A stretch of DNA of 64,000 nucleotides from Psilocybe cubensis (lineage: Eukaryota). Below the pieces are notes generated by a model. The model did no database searches, had not been told where the DNA came from, and was given only the letters and a program-made list of their open reading frames with translations. Location of the stretch: contig CM039006.1 of assembly GCA_017499595.2 (NCBI GenBank), positions 2,852,001 to 2,916,000 of the forward strand, given 5' to 3'. Position 1 is the stretch's first letter. Each line of letters opens with the position of its first letter. A program made the position numbers and the translations under genes. Of the stretch, positions 22,023-36,755 are shown piece by piece.

Positions 22023-22116
22023 GACTAGAGCCACTTCGGTATACACAAGGTGTAATTCCGTTGGTGTATGACTAGAGCCACTTCGGTATACACAAGGTGT
22101 AATTCCGTTGGTGTAT
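22023..22116. repeat. Perfect 47-bp tandem duplication
   Basis: GACTAGAGCCACTTCGGTATACACAAGGTGTAATTCCGTTGGTGTAT occurs at 22023-22069 and 22070-22116. Confidence 0.95.
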
Positions 22117-22184
22117 TATGCATAGGCCTTAACATCGATAGTGTATAGCATTGTTCCTCTTCTAGCCAATACAAGCTACATGAT

Positions 22185-22889
22185 TCAGATCGTCACTGTC
22201 ATCCAAGTCGCTGCTTTCCCCCCATGCAGAACACTGCCTTGTTCAACAAACCCTGTGTTCCTGTACAGTCGTATCGCATCGTACTGGATGTCGTGCACAA
22301 GGAGCATCAGCACTTTTTTTTTCTGCTTCTTATCCTTTTCTTGTACCGTATCGCAGCTCTCATTTATCCCAGAAGCCTCTTCACACTGCTCGTTGCCTTC
22401 GAGTTTCGCCTGTTCAACGACCTCCATCGCTCTTTGCACCAACGCTTTCCCGACACCACGCCCCCGATGTGCTGGGTGCACCCACATACCGACCAGCATG
22501 TACACGTCGACCTCACATGCTCGCACCTCTTCGGCAATATGTGGCGGGTAGGCCGGGTCCTGCGGGTGACCTGCAAGCATGATGGGAAAAAGAACGGTTA
22601 ATGTACCGATTGCTGTTTCTTTTTTGTCATTTTCGCGAGGAGCTGACGGCGTTGCTGTGTGTGTTTCTGAACCGTGAAACAAAGCCAGCAGAGTCTCCCG
22701 TCCGCGTTCGTTGACCCTCTCGGCCCACGCATCATCTGAGAAGGCTGTCTCGCGCGCGTAGGTGGAGCCAAATGCCTCGGGGTTTGTGAGCAGTGCGGCT
22801 AGGCGGACATATTTATAGAGACTGAGGAGATTTGACGTTGAGATAGTGACGGGCTTGGGAAGGATGTGGATTGCTATCGATTCCGACAT
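22185..22889 (-). CDS. GNAT-family acetyltransferase, intronless
   Basis: RLAALLTNPEAFGSTYARE; acetyl-CoA motif GMWVHPAHRGRGVGKAL; AIRLYRNTGF. Confidence 0.9.
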   Translation of the reverse strand: MSESIAIHILPKPVTISTSNLLSLYKYVRLAALLTNPEAFGSTYARETAFSDDAWAERVNERGRETLLALFHGSETHTATPSAPRENDKKETAIGTLTVLFPIMLAGHPQDPAYPPHIAEEVRACEVDVYMLVGMWVHPAHRGRGVGKALVQRAMEVVEQAKLEGNEQCEEASGINESCDTVQEKDKKQKKKVLMLLVHDIQYDAIRLYRNTGFVEQGSVLHGGKAATWMTVTI

Positions 22890-23282
22890 GGTTTGAAAAG
22901 CGGATGAGGCACTGGTTTTGGCCGGAGACGTTTTAAAGATCAGTTTGAAAATGAAATAACAAAAAATTAGAGAGTAGATGGCTGTTAAAGGGTATGCTCA
23001 TTTCAATTGTATTCTTATGATTTTCGAATCAAATTGATTGCTCGGACTTCACATCCCGATTTGCTCGGGGTATTGGTTTAAATGTGATCTGCATCGACAG
23101 CTAGCGTTGCCTTTGCATCGTCCTAATCTCCTGCATTAACTGCTAGGCAGGACCACAATAGGAAATCTATGTCTCACAGCTCATAGCTCATGCAGTTACA
23201 TACCTATATCCAACTGCATTTCAATTCAGGAGATACCGGGGGCCATGGGAGCTTTTGCTCACTTGCTCTCACTTACCACATG

Positions 23283-24572
23283 CATCAGCAAAAGTGCTCG
23301 GATCCCCAAATGCCTTGTCAAGGCATTTGGAGGCGTCCAAAGGCCCCAATGCCCGAAAGGCATTGTGCGGTTCGTAACGAGAGACTCCGAAGACTGAAAG
23401 GCTTCGAATTATTTATTCCAAGGAAATGATTTAGGTAGTACTAAATATAGCCAAATCATTTGGTTAAAATTTGAGAGTGTCCGTAACATTTAGGCAACAT
23501 TTGGGAGTCCCAAAAACATTTGGCAAACATTTGCCAGTGTTTAAATGTTTTACACTGTTCACATGGTTCCTTATTTAGTGGATCCCTCAGATTATCATAG
23601 CAAGTAAAAAGAACTTGTTGCATTAAGAAAACTTATACTACAACATGACTCCAAAAGGTACAGAGAAGCGAGAAAGTGGGTAAATAACAAAATGATGCTG
23701 AGATGATGTCATCAATAGATGTTACCCATGAATTATAGGAGCTACTTTGGTTGCATGATGTAAGCAAGGTGTGTGTGCAGAAGTGCGCATATACTCACCT
23801 AAAAGTTTGGGAACTAGTGAATAATTATATACCAAGCCGGATATCCAGTAGATCTAAGGCAGAAGGAGAACGGTCTACGGAAAGGCAGATACATGGTCAG
23901 TTGAGGATGATCTAATCAGAAAGGAAGTGGCAGAATTACCTGTGAGTTAGATTCAGCTATGATATACGAAGACTTAGAGTTGAAAAGTCCAAGCCCAAGT
24001 CCCACCAAGCGTCGCCGGAGTAGTGAACATGAGAGTATGTGGAAAGAAAGAAACGGGGGTTGAAAGAGATTATTATGCACAAACAAACAAATATTTGATC
24101 TCCGATTCACTCCGATTCATGCTGATCGCATTGTGACTTCGTTGACAGTCGAGAAATTGTACAGACCGGGTGACCAACTGTACAGAATTCTAATTAGAAC
24201 TAATGTGGCTGTATAGCCAGTAAATTTTGGTGTGGATGAATTATTTCATCAGCATTTGAAAGTCCTGTAAACATTTCTCATAACCGAAGTGTAAAACCAA
24301 ATGTTTTGTGACCTCTTTTAATTTTGTTAAATGATTCCTTCAAGGTTGCACAGTCTACGAATTTTTTTTTGTAAATTGTAGTTACTAGAAATTATTTGGT
24401 GCTTGTTTTGTGCTTCAAAAATGTTTGTGGGGCCTCCAAATGACCACCAAATGATTTGAGTGTTCCCAAATGTTGCCCAAATGTTTTGCGTGACATTACT
24501 GTGTCACGTAAAACATTGGCATGCCTTATAAGGCTCCCAAGGCATTTGGGGGTCTGGTCACTTTTGCTGATG
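23283..24572 (+). mobile_element. Non-autonomous TIR element (1290 bp), CACTA/CMC-like, copy 1
   Basis: Termini CATCAGCAAAAGTG...CACTTTTGCTGATG, 2-bp TSD TG, and many subterminal CCAAATG/CATTTGG repeats. Confidence 0.85.
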
Positions 24573-24779
24573 TGGAAGAGATCAGAATCGACGTTTTAAT
24601 CATATCTGACGCGGACGTCTTAACCAGTTCCGATCTAGGGAACTGGTTAAATCAGCCTTTCGTACTCAGACGGCGAACGTCCGAGGTGTGAGTCGCGAAA
24701 GTGTGCTGAAACCGCTGGAAATACAACGGATAAACAGCTAGGTCAATAATGCCTTTGAGGGCCCTCTCAGAAAATTCTC

Positions 24780-26110
24780 CATCGGCAAAAGTGACCAGAC
24801 CCCCAAATGCCTTTTGTGCCTTTTTAAGCAGGTCAATGTTTTGCGTGACATGTTAAGTCACACAAAAACATTTCACTGAAATTTGGAGGTGCACAAAACA
24901 TTTGGAGAGCATTTGAATGCTCCACAAACATTTATACACCTCAAAGTTCAGTACAAAATATTCCATGTATTTACATTTATCTCTTAATGATTTGTTTGCC
25001 ATAAAACTTGCAGAGAACAATTGATTAAAAATAAAAACAAAGAATAAAACATTGAGTTTAACTTTTTGCTGACACAGATGATTAAAGGGCTTCAAATATG
25101 TTCAAAATGATTTAGGTACGAGAAATTTTACTGACCACACGTAATACCTATGACACTGGCAGGTTGTTTCCAATACGACACCATTGTCATAAGAATTACA
25201 TGTACGTGGGAAATTTAACTTCAAGAAATATAAATCAGAGAGGCCCGTCTCCGATGACAAATTAAATCGGAGACTGAACATCCGTTTTGAGCATAAGAAT
25301 CTGAGACACGCCCAAGTCGCTTTCTTTCTACCCTCTCATGTCCACCACTCTGACGACAGCGCTCTCTGGTTTCAATCAATACTGCTATGCCTCTTTCTCT
25401 GCATTTCAAAACTGTTGATAGAGCTGAAAAGGTGAAAGACATGCTCTCATTTTCATCACACAACCCTAACTGACTGTTTTATACCTTTTCATGGCATGTT
25501 CTTTCTCTGCCTTGATTATTCCTTTCTCTCAAGTGTATCATATAGCCAGATACACATTCTGGTCACCTTATTGGTACGTATATGCGCATATATTTTAGAT
25601 CTGCTTGACCGTGACTCATCACAAAGTAGATCTCGTTGGACGGTTGACACATCAATTCGATTACGTGACTTCGTAACGCCGCCCAGGTTGTAACTTGAAT
25701 CCATTTTCTCTTAGTCATTTCTATGTAGCCTTTGTTGTTCTGAATCTTTTCCAATAATATTTTTCATTGAACTACTACATTCTACTGTGTGAATACCTAA
25801 AGTGGCTAATAGAAGTAGAAATATACAAAATATATCATTGTGTCAATATTGGGTGAACTCTAAATGTTTTTGGGGCTCTCAAAGGCAACTTGAATGTTAT
25901 CCAAATGTTTTTGGGTCTCCCAAATTTTACCGAAATGATTTGATTAAATTTAAATCTAGCTAAAACATTGGTTTTTGTAAATAATTTATAGCCTTTCAAA
26001 ATTCCGAGTCTCTCGTTAGTCAATCTAAAAGGCCATTTGGGCCTTGGGGCATTTGGACGCCTCCAAATGCCTTGGCAAGGCATTTGGGGACTTGGTCACT
26101 TTTGCCGATG
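24780..26110 (-). mobile_element. Non-autonomous TIR element (1331 bp), same family, inverted relative to copy 1
   Basis: Termini CATCGGCAAAAGTGACCA...TGGTCACTTTTGCCGATG and 2-bp TSD TC. The reverse complement of its right end aligns with the left end of copy 1 over more than 100 bp. Confidence 0.87.
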
Positions 26111-27085
26111 TCGAACTGACATGACTCTCCTATCGTTCGAATGACAGTTATCACTAACGTATGTCTCTTTCGTCTTGTCCCATACGGCATGCCCTTTTAG
26201 AGGTATTCATAGTCGACGCCGGATTTATTTAGACCATTACTGTCGGAAATACATATTACTGAAAGTGAATAGTAGGGTCTTGTACGTGCATTGCAGGCCT
26301 TTCGAAAGTTAACTCGTATGAAGGGTAGTACACCATTCCTAGCCTACTTCAAAGGGTGGGAGAACAGGCATTTCTGATACTAGCAGACCCCTGTCAATAT
26401 GGTCTAATCTGTGTATGACATGTATAGGGATATGTGGAGTCGGGAACCGAATTCGAACGTACGAGAGACACTGACGGGAATTTTTGCGATTTATAATAAC
26501 TTTTAAGTATATTTTGAGAGCTTGAATTGTTGATGATATGTTTTAGCATATGATAGAGAAGGTTATTTTTTCTCAGTCCTTGCACATCTAATCTTCTAAG
26601 TTGCAACGTTAAGACATTTTTTAGCACTGAATGTGATGCTCTTATTGTAATGAACATCTTACCGTCACCGATCCCACGTTCAAACTCGTCATACTCGAGC
26701 TCATTCAAGTGGATTGCGCCCACTCAGCCTTTCTCCCATCTTAATTCTACCACCGTGTGTTTATTTTCCTCATCAATTAGAAACAAATACCTTATAGATA
26801 AAATGATTTCACTCTTTTTACTGCAGAATCAAGTGGTTGCTGACATTGTCGTATTTCAAAGTCCATGATCGATAGTATACATTCCAATACGGTAGGGTAT
26901 AGTAGTAGGGTCCTGTGCAATGTCCAATGGGAATAAGGCTGATCGTGTGTAAAGAATGGCGAGATTTACAAGGTGACACGACGAAGCTGAAGAAAAGGAG
27001 AGATGTATCCGGGTTCCAGCCAGGAGCATGATACTTTGAGAAATGATGTAAGAGCAGATAAAGAAGTTAACAACCATGCTTACAT

Positions 27086-27439
27086 TTAATACGAAGGATC
27101 AACGTCTGGAACCACTTTGTTCATTCCCATCCCTCCCGCTACCCACATGGCCTTGCGCAAGGCGAACGCAAGCCAAAATAAAAATACCACAAAGATAATA
27201 AGAGCGGCCCTTGCAAATGGTGATGGTGTTCTTATTCGAAAACGCGGGTCTGAATCGAAGGGAGGGATTGGGTCCCGACGTATGCGAGGTCGACGTGGAG
27301 CTTCCTCTTCTATATCATTCTCAAAAGGATGGTATTCCTGTTCAGCCTCGTAAGGAGGTGGGTATGATGGAGACTCGGGGCGCGACGATGAGGGGCTATA
27401 TGACGGCTCAGTGGGTAACAGTTCGTATTTGGGTGCCAT
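27086..27439 (-). CDS. Small hypothetical membrane protein (117 aa)
   Basis: ATG in ACCATGG context, Pro/Ser-rich N-terminus containing PPPY, then DPRF...PSPFARAALIIFVVFLFWLAF TM segment. Confidence 0.78.
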   Translation of the reverse strand: MAPKYELLPTEPSYSPSSSRPESPSYPPPYEAEQEYHPFENDIEEEAPRRPRIRRDPIPPFDSDPRFRIRTPSPFARAALIIFVVFLFWLAFALRKAMWVAGGMGMNKVVPDVDPSY

Positions 27440-27757
27440 GGTGGTTGGAGTAGCAGAGAGCGTAAATACGACGCATCGACAAACCGTCGTTTCTATGTTT
27501 GTTGTTGTTGGAAACCCTCAGGTGATTGAGGGACATGGATCATGTGACCTTCTGCAGAGACGCGTATAGGGGTGGCGCGTTCAGGATGATCTAAAATTAT
27601 AGTTGGGTTGAATTTTGGGCAAATGAACTGGAATCTTTGTGGAAGAGAATTGATATATGGTGATGACCTCCGAGTATGACAAACATGGTATGAATGGGAA
27701 TGATATAAGAGAATACTGAAAGTGGAATGAAATGGGGTATCATATAATGGTATATCT

Positions 27758-29355
27758 TTACCATTCTCCAATAGGTTTCCCAAAGGCGTCAAATGGGAAC
27801 ATTGCAATGGCAGGACCGGCAACAATAGTCGAGTCGTCGAACCTCACATCATTGATGTTATCCCTGCCCCGTACAACGCTGACAAAGACAGTGCCCCTAG
27901 CAGCGAGATCCCTTGGAACTTGAACGAAGTACCTGCGTCGATTCTCTGAGCCAGAGCCCTCAGCATGTTCATCTCGCTCAATAATGACCGCAAAAATGGT
28001 TTCAAAACCGACCAAGAACGCGGCATAAAGTCGTTCTCCATCATCATTTCGCGAGTATGGGAATGAGATCTCTGCTTCTTCTCCAGGAATCAATCTAGGT
28101 GCGAGCGACAATCTTGGGTAAGGATGAACTCCGGGGGGAAGTAGCCCGCGATTTTGACCAGGCATTGAATCGAAGTCGAAGAAAGACGTAAGGAGAGTAA
28201 GCACCTGATTGGGCGTGAGAGGAGTCTATAATTTTGATAGTAATAAGTTCGTTGCAACGTCGGCATCCTCAAGTGGAAGCGGATCTCTGAGAAGTAACTT
28301 ACTTCAAAGGCCGTATTCCAAGGGTTCTGCTTGCGAACGGATCCATTGATCCAAGCAGCTTGACGTGCCTCTACCGCTAGAATGGATGCAAGGACTGTAA
28401 TATACTCCTATATGTGGAAAATTATGGAATTTAAAAAATGAAAGAACGCAGTGATTACTTTACTTACCCTGAGTTCAAAGTAGTGCAGTCCCCCGACATA
28501 AGCACTCGTAGCTATAGTCGCTATAGCTTCACTAATGTCAACGAAGATACGGACATTATCGAATTCGCTGTAGAAAACGTTTCAATCAGCTGTACACAAT
28601 TTGCATGAGTAGAGAGGAATGCTCACAATCTGTAGTCGCAGGCTTGAACCCTGTCCCTTCCGGAAGTTGTAACTGCGCTCTGAAGGAATTCAACGTGGGC
28701 ACGTTCATGCTCCCTGATTTGTTCATAGCGTCCCCTAACCCAATCTGCATATCCTGCCGCCCTGAAATCCTCTGCGGAGAATCTATTGAGACCATTTTCA
28801 AAGAACGCAAATTCAAGTTGGGACAGGAGAAGCGCGAGGTTAAGGTATCCGTTGTCGGCCTCGTTGTTGTTGTTTCCCCCGCGCGATATCAGAGTCGTTG
28901 CTGCACGAATCCAGTGATGAGTGTGATCAACACATTTCATGACTCAAGTATAAAATGATCGAAACATACGTATGTAGCTAGCTAAACGCTTAAAAAGTCC
29001 CCCCGAATCACTCCCCAAAAGTCCTCGAGGAGAAGGGACTGATCCTGCAATACCATCGACAGGTCCTGCGATTGCTCCATTGACGTTGCTCTCTACACCC
29101 TCTGTATTGAATTATCAATATACATGCATCCTCGTTTTTTCATACGTACCTACGGTGGCCCTGCGGATTGACGGAACTGACGAATATAATAGGTAAGAAC
29201 AGTGTTATTGACCATGTCAAAATATTAATCAACGACTTACCGATAGTTTTCAGAGTTGTATTTGTGACGGGAGATGCCGGTGGAATCACATTTGCCACCG
29301 CAGTAGTCGCGGCTAAAGCAATTGCCACGAAGCGGCCAAGAATGGCTGATTTCAT
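27758..29355 (-). CDS. Secreted ferritin-like Rds1-type protein, multi-exon
   Basis: Signal peptide MKSAILGRFVAIALAATTAVA; YLNLALLLSQLEFAFF, EQIREHERAHVEFL, ASILAVEARQAAW, PWNTAFE and C-terminal TIVAGPAI. Confidence 0.85.
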
Positions 29356-29892
29356 AGTCTGTTGTGTTCAATGATAGTGAATAGAATTAAAGATAGTGGG
29401 TATGAGCAAAATAGTTGAATGTGCACTAAGAAGGTCGCATATGCTTAAACTGAATCATAGCAATGCCTCTCGTTTATATACCAAGGTGGCTGACCCTATG
29501 TGGCTAACTTGGGCGCCTGGGCTGACTTCAAATTCGACTTCGGTGGGGGTAAAAATAGTGAAAAGTCTATCCTTTCATGTATATTTGATCGCATCCTGAT
29601 TCGGCATAACGCTTTGTGCCTACGTGTAGTCTCAGGCGAGCGCTGATGACGATATAAATTGAAGTATTGTTTGGTTTCCAGAAGCCATTGATTGGGCTGG
29701 ATGTGCTACTCCTCTCGGACTTTAGCTCACGCGGATTACATCAGAATCAACAATAAATGACAATCTATTTCATGGTAAGGGCAGACCGTTACACATTTCA
29801 TAAGGATACAAAGAGTGGAGTAGATCTCGATAAATAGAAAAAGACTGGAATATGAACTCGAGTCACACTTCATTCTTATAATAGTGAACCTC

Positions 29893-31628
<1,736 letters not shown>

Positions 31629-33004
31629 TGGTATCGAGATATCCGAAGAGAAGGAAGATAGACTGCCTTGGCTTTGACTGCACAAAGTAGCCTTGCTTTT
31701 ATACCTTCATCTGTGAGAGGTAAGGCAGTACCAGTGAGAGACCATAGACAACAAATTGACACAGCCGATTCACGAGTCATCATTTTCTCAAATCTTGGGA
31801 GATATTAAAAGACCTATGTGAGATCAATGTGAGCATCCCTTGCCCTTGGGTCGTTGTCTTCACATACGATTTATTTCTGTCCATCCGCCGTCTACCTAAT
31901 TTTACTCTTGTAATTAGACTGCTTAAATTTAGATGTTCTTTTTTTATACTTTTCCGTGACTCTGTATGGTCTCCCTGACCCCAAATAAACGTTGATAGCT
32001 AACCGTAAATCTGCTAAGAGTGGTTATCAGTATGAATGATAACCGGCTTCAGTTTTACTTGTACCTGACTAGGGCATTGTACTCTGGCTTTGCGACCTTA
32101 GGTCCTGTTCAGCAGCGACTATTACTAGAAAATACTAAATAGAATTGAGATGACATCAAAAAAATATGACGATGTACCACCTGACAACAGATCATTTTGC
32201 TTTTGAGTTCAACCAAACGACAGAGCATGCCACATCTGTGGGACATCCCGATGATCCTTGATCCTTACAAAGAAACTTTCTCGCTCCACACCCGATGATA
32301 GTGTGAAGTGATGCTTACTCGCAGCATAGTATATCCTTGGCGGCTTTCTTGGTTGCCGCGCCTATTGCAACTTTCTGCAAAGGCCCTGAAGGAGCGTCCA
32401 ATCAGTATCAAGAAAGAGAGGATATTTTTAGTTGGATATTGTACTTATTTTCATCCATCTTTCAATGCCATGCCACAAGGTTTGGGCGCCGTGGTCCTAT
32501 AGAACTAGTATCCATTTGTTTGGTATAGAAAAGTTGCCACGCTGTGGTGTCATCGTGAGTTTTCTGAGCCGACAGGTATTTGTATATCCTTTCGTGAAAA
32601 CACAATACCCAGAGGGACGGTAGCGACAGTGACGAGTTTGTGTACATCTTTGCCTATATGTCTTTAAATATCAAAGGATTTCCGGCTTTCCACGCTTATG
32701 ACCGAACCGAGGGCATATCAAGAGAGGCGGCCCCGAGCCGTGCTTGAAATAAGCTAGAGGAAGCATCCAGAAGGTCTGCCGTGAACGTATGTGGAACATA
32801 GAACCTGTGTCGTGCAAAGTTCCACTTGAGAAAACGGAGCCCAGTCAACGGAACCAAGTAATACTATGACGATGATTGGTTATCGTATTCCCATCCAGGT
32901 AAGCATTTTACCAACAAAGCTTCGTTGTGTGACCAGAATATATCTGCCTCCGTCCACGCACACGATGATACCACCGTTACCGTTATTGTATGAGCGATAT
33001 CTAG

Positions 33005-34819
33005 TTACAGTTGGACATAATCGTATCTTTTAAACAACCCCTTTCTGGCCCGAATATACCCAGGGTTAGCTACCAGTACAGGAGGATATGAAAAGTGCAA
33101 CTCCAATCCATCCTCTATCTCCATGTAACGAGTCAGATATTGTATAATGTCCTCCTCTTGATCCCGCAGAAAGTCAATGTTGATGCGCTTGAATCGCTTG
33201 GCTTTACCTTTATCAGCACTCTCCATTCTCTTTATAAGAAAATCTATGACATGTTCATCTAGGAGTCGACGAACGCTGCCCAGGTCGATGCTTGTCAACT
33301 GAGCCCAAACGCAATGCCCGCTGATATCAGGGGTCAGCATTTTGATGCTGGCTGCGGCAAAGTCAACGGGGAAATTCTTCATCGTTCGTAACCAAATTGC
33401 CTGTTCGTCGGAAGGTCCTCGCCGGCAAGATGTACTTGAAAATCGCTCCATATTCGGAGTAAGCAGAACAACATCCATCCAGTCATTAAGAGTTAACATC
33501 TGAATATTTACGGTCAATGCCAAAATATCGGTATTTCGATATTGAGACAGAAGCGCGATGAGGGGGGATCGCCTAGTCATCGATGGCCGAAACAAAGTAT
33601 GAAAGACAATGGATCGCAGAAAAGGGAAGTGGACGGTGTTAAACAGAGTTGGGAGTGCGTGAGCAGCATCAACGATGTCAAGCGATTCCAGATATCGCAG
33701 TGATACATCATCCCCAGAACATTTGGCATCCGGCGTGTCTTCAACGTCGACTGAACAGTGCCTAAGATTGCGGCACCTCGAAAATAAAGTATACGTTTCA
33801 TTGATAGTGAGACCTTTACTTTGCCATGAATTCCGCTGATCCGGGATTTCCAAATGAGTCAGCCGGGACCAGTCGATGTCGAGCAATGGTATTTGGAATG
33901 GGAAATGGTGGAAATGCAAAACACGAAGATTTGGTGTATCAAGTAGGTTGCTTGAGGTCCATAATGGATCATGAAGGTGGCCCCAGCCTTGCCAATGCTC
34001 GACGAATGAGATGTGTAATGTGTTGAGTATGGGAACCGCCGAATACGGTATAGATGCAAAAAAGGTCGAATAATCTCCTGTTAGAATCGTGAGCTCAAGA
34101 TTAAACCACCGGGATGAAAAATCCAAAATCGTCTCGAGGTAAGGTTTCAAAAAGATTTTGGCATCGAATGGGTATGTGAGTGTTGGATGCAGTGAAAGCG
34201 AGAGAGGACACGATCCTGAACGGAGAAGCCATGCACGTATCGAGTCGCAATGCTGAGCAATCCTGCAGTTAAATGCCGAGAGATGGGAGCCGTAGCTTTG
34301 TATGTCTTCCAGACTATCGGTGGCTGGAGGGACGATATTAATTGGAAGTGGAATGTGTAATGAGGCCCAGAGACGCGGAGTCCGATAAGCAACGATTTTC
34401 CACCGACGACATACCTGACAGAGCAGGAGCGGTGCATCAAGAAGATGCATAAGAGCATTGTGACGCGTAGGAAGACAGAATAAGAATATTTCTTGTAGAA
34501 CGTCGTCGGGCAAGCAACGAAAAGGCGTGAGTAGACGACGGTGGTAAAAGATAGAACTTTGAAGAAAACGTCTCTTCTGTTGTGCATCATTCAGAATTCC
34601 TTGAATATGTGTCATTTCCGCCATGAGTTTTTGTGACGTTGAAACGGGCTCCAACATCATGTCTTCAATGTAAACGCGCTCATGATCCTGAGGAACATAG
34701 TTGGTCCCCAGTTTTTGCGAAAATGGTGTCGAGAACGATGTCTGAAGATTGAATGGTTCCGATGTACTAAGACAACAGTAGTGATCAATGGCTTCAGAAA
34801 AAGACTTACCATATATCAA
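33005..34819 (-). CDS. F-box-like/LRR-like protein, intronless; true start may be a downstream Met
   Basis: 604-aa ORF with a coiled coil, [15 protein letters not shown]...[23 protein letters not shown] and [14 protein letters not shown], followed by LxxL repeats. Confidence 0.88.
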   Translation of the reverse strand: MIYGKSFSEAIDHYCCLSTSEPFNLQTSFSTPFSQKLGTNYVPQDHERVYIEDMMLEPVSTSQKLMAEMTHIQGILNDAQQKRRFLQSSIFYHRRLLTPFRCLPDDVLQEIFLFCLPTRHNALMHLLDAPLLLCQVCRRWKIVAYRTPRLWASLHIPLPINIVPPATDSLEDIQSYGSHLSAFNCRIAQHCDSIRAWLLRSGSCPLSLSLHPTLTYPFDAKIFLKPYLETILDFSSRWFNLELTILTGDYSTFFASIPYSAVPILNTLHISFVEHWQGWGHLHDPLWTSSNLLDTPNLRVLHFHHFPFQIPLLDIDWSRLTHLEIPDQRNSWQSKGLTINETYTLFSRCRNLRHCSVDVEDTPDAKCSGDDVSLRYLESLDIVDAAHALPTLFNTVHFPFLRSIVFHTLFRPSMTRRSPLIALLSQYRNTDILALTVNIQMLTLNDWMDVVLLTPNMERFSSTSCRRGPSDEQAIWLRTMKNFPVDFAAASIKMLTPDISGHCVWAQLTSIDLGSVRRLLDEHVIDFLIKRMESADKGKAKRFKRINIDFLRDQEEDIIQYLTRYMEIEDGLELHFSYPPVLVANPGYIRARKGLFKRYDYVQL

Positions 34820-35317
34820 GCTAAAGGCGATATATGAGTTGCAAGATACGAAGTTCTGTGGATATTTGGCGAGAATTCAATGTCATCGAAAGTCGGGATG
34901 GGTCAATCACAGCACCAGCAGTGGCTGTGATGTTTGTACCTGGCAAGAACGGCGTTACACAAATAGATAAGATAAGATAAGAATTGAGAAAATCACGCCA
35001 GTTGGCTCAACAGCATTTCATGCATGCAGCGCCTACGGGAAAGCACTGCGTTGTAGATATATGTATTGTTATGAAGCTTCGACATGAGGCATTTTCTCAA
35101 GAAAGATAAGATTCTACTACTGGCAGAAATAAAACGCAGTATCGTTATTTAAAAGTAATTGTGTTGGAATCCTCTCATTGTCAAGAATTTAGTGGAATCC
35201 ACGAGGTAGAGAATGACAAAACTTTACAGGAATAAACATAAATTCCATACCACACAAAAGCAAGAGGAAACAAAAAATCAGCATGTCAATGTTCCCGCAT
35301 CCATCAGCTTTGTGAAA

Positions 35318-36397
35318 TTACCAGCATCGACTGTCTGTGACCAACCATATCCCCCATTTTCCATATTTTCCCTGCCAGGAAGATTCATTAAATGAGGATC
35401 GGTAGGGGAAAAGGTATATTACCCAGTCAGCGCACGAAGTTGGCCCATTGTAGTGAACACCATTGATTATTGCCGGCGTCGTACTGCACATCTCTTGCCA
35501 GTTATCCCCGTTTTGAAGGTTCTCCAGCGGTGCTTCATGGCGCTTCAAAGGATTGAATAAGTATTTTTATTTACTCGATGACTGGATTACTTACGCGAAT
35601 TCCAGGCTCAACACATCCCTATGCGATGAACTTCAGTTCATAGAAGAAATCCACCTCAGGATACTTCTTTTACCTTGTCTTTGAAATAGCTCCACCAAGG
35701 AGTGCAGCTCGCCTCGCTGGAATCAACCTTCCAATGACCTGTAACATGCCCACATATTCTCTATTAAAGAGTTTTTAGAAGATATGTTCGCTGAAAGAAA
35801 CAGAACAATCACCTCATCTTCGCAGCTTGTAGGCATCCATTCTTTCCCATGAATTTCAATCGGTTTGATGTAACACTCCTGCAATGCATTGAAACCGGAT
35901 GCGACATTGGTCAAAACCGCTGTATACTCTCTCACTCCATAACGTAGGCAGTTTCGTGGCTGAAGAGCCGACCAGGTAATCTCCCGCCTTTGTTGTGCCT
36001 CTTCCTCTAGGTGACGTTTCTCTTGCTCCGCCTTATCCGCCGCTTCACGGTCCCATTGGATTCGATCCTGACGCATCTTCGCTTCCCTCTGTTGATGATC
36101 ATGGATTCTCTCGAGCAGTTTGTCGTGCCATGACTGATAGTAAACTGTGTTCAGCATGAATCCCAACATCAGACCAAAACACAGTAAGATAATTGCTGGC
36201 GCGCAAAGCAAAGCAACTTGATGTTTGGCAGATTTTGTAGTGACTCTTCCACTGTCTCCAAGAAGAAAGCTCCTCTCTGTATATGACTGTTGACCAATCA
36301 CCGTTCTTGCTTGGAAATGATTCCTCTGGGGGGATGCACCATCTGAATAGGGAGGCGGTTGGGCGCTTAAAAGGTTTACGTTCAACCGAGACATCAT
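35318..36397 (-). CDS. Type II membrane protein with coiled coil and duplicated Cys/Trp-rich C-terminal domain, multi-exon
   Basis: PPPY, one TM, a charged helix, then two related repeats (CLRYGVREYTAVL..C..PIEIHG..PTSC and GCVEPGIRRHEAPL..CSTTPAIING..PTSC). Confidence 0.75.
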
Positions 36398-36755
36398 TTG
36401 GAGTTTCGGTAGAACGCTGAATGGACAAACCTCATGTTTCCAAGATATGCAGCACGAATAATATTTAACTAGAGAAAAAATTGAGCCTATTTTTTGCAGG
36501 TCGTGGTGGATATCAAGTTGGCAACGTTATAAGAATCGGACGAGCGAGTGTTTTCGGACCTTGAGGCTGCAATCGGATTAATAATCAGTGTCACATGACG
36601 CTAAACACAACACGCGTGCACTAGAGTGCACGAGTTGGTCAGATAGGGGCAGCGAAAATATGAAGTTTATATGACTGGATGAAAAAGATATGTGTATTAT
36701 TACATCGAAGGAATTTTCATGAATTAAAACAAATAATAAGACGTCCAAAGTATGC

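Noticed and set aside
22023-22116. CRISPR-like repeat
   Set aside because: Two directly adjacent copies with no spacer, in eukaryotic DNA, with no cas genes.
23190-26083. Two short ORFs both containing MPCQGIWRRP
   Set aside because: They are translations of the shared TIR-element ends, with no transposase motifs or other coding signal.
26435-26480. tRNA-like TTCGAA motif
   Set aside because: No T-stem, acceptor stem or cloverleaf could be formed.
34964-34982. AGATA x3-4 run as a GATA-factor array
   Set aside because: Indistinguishable from a short microsatellite without further evidence.
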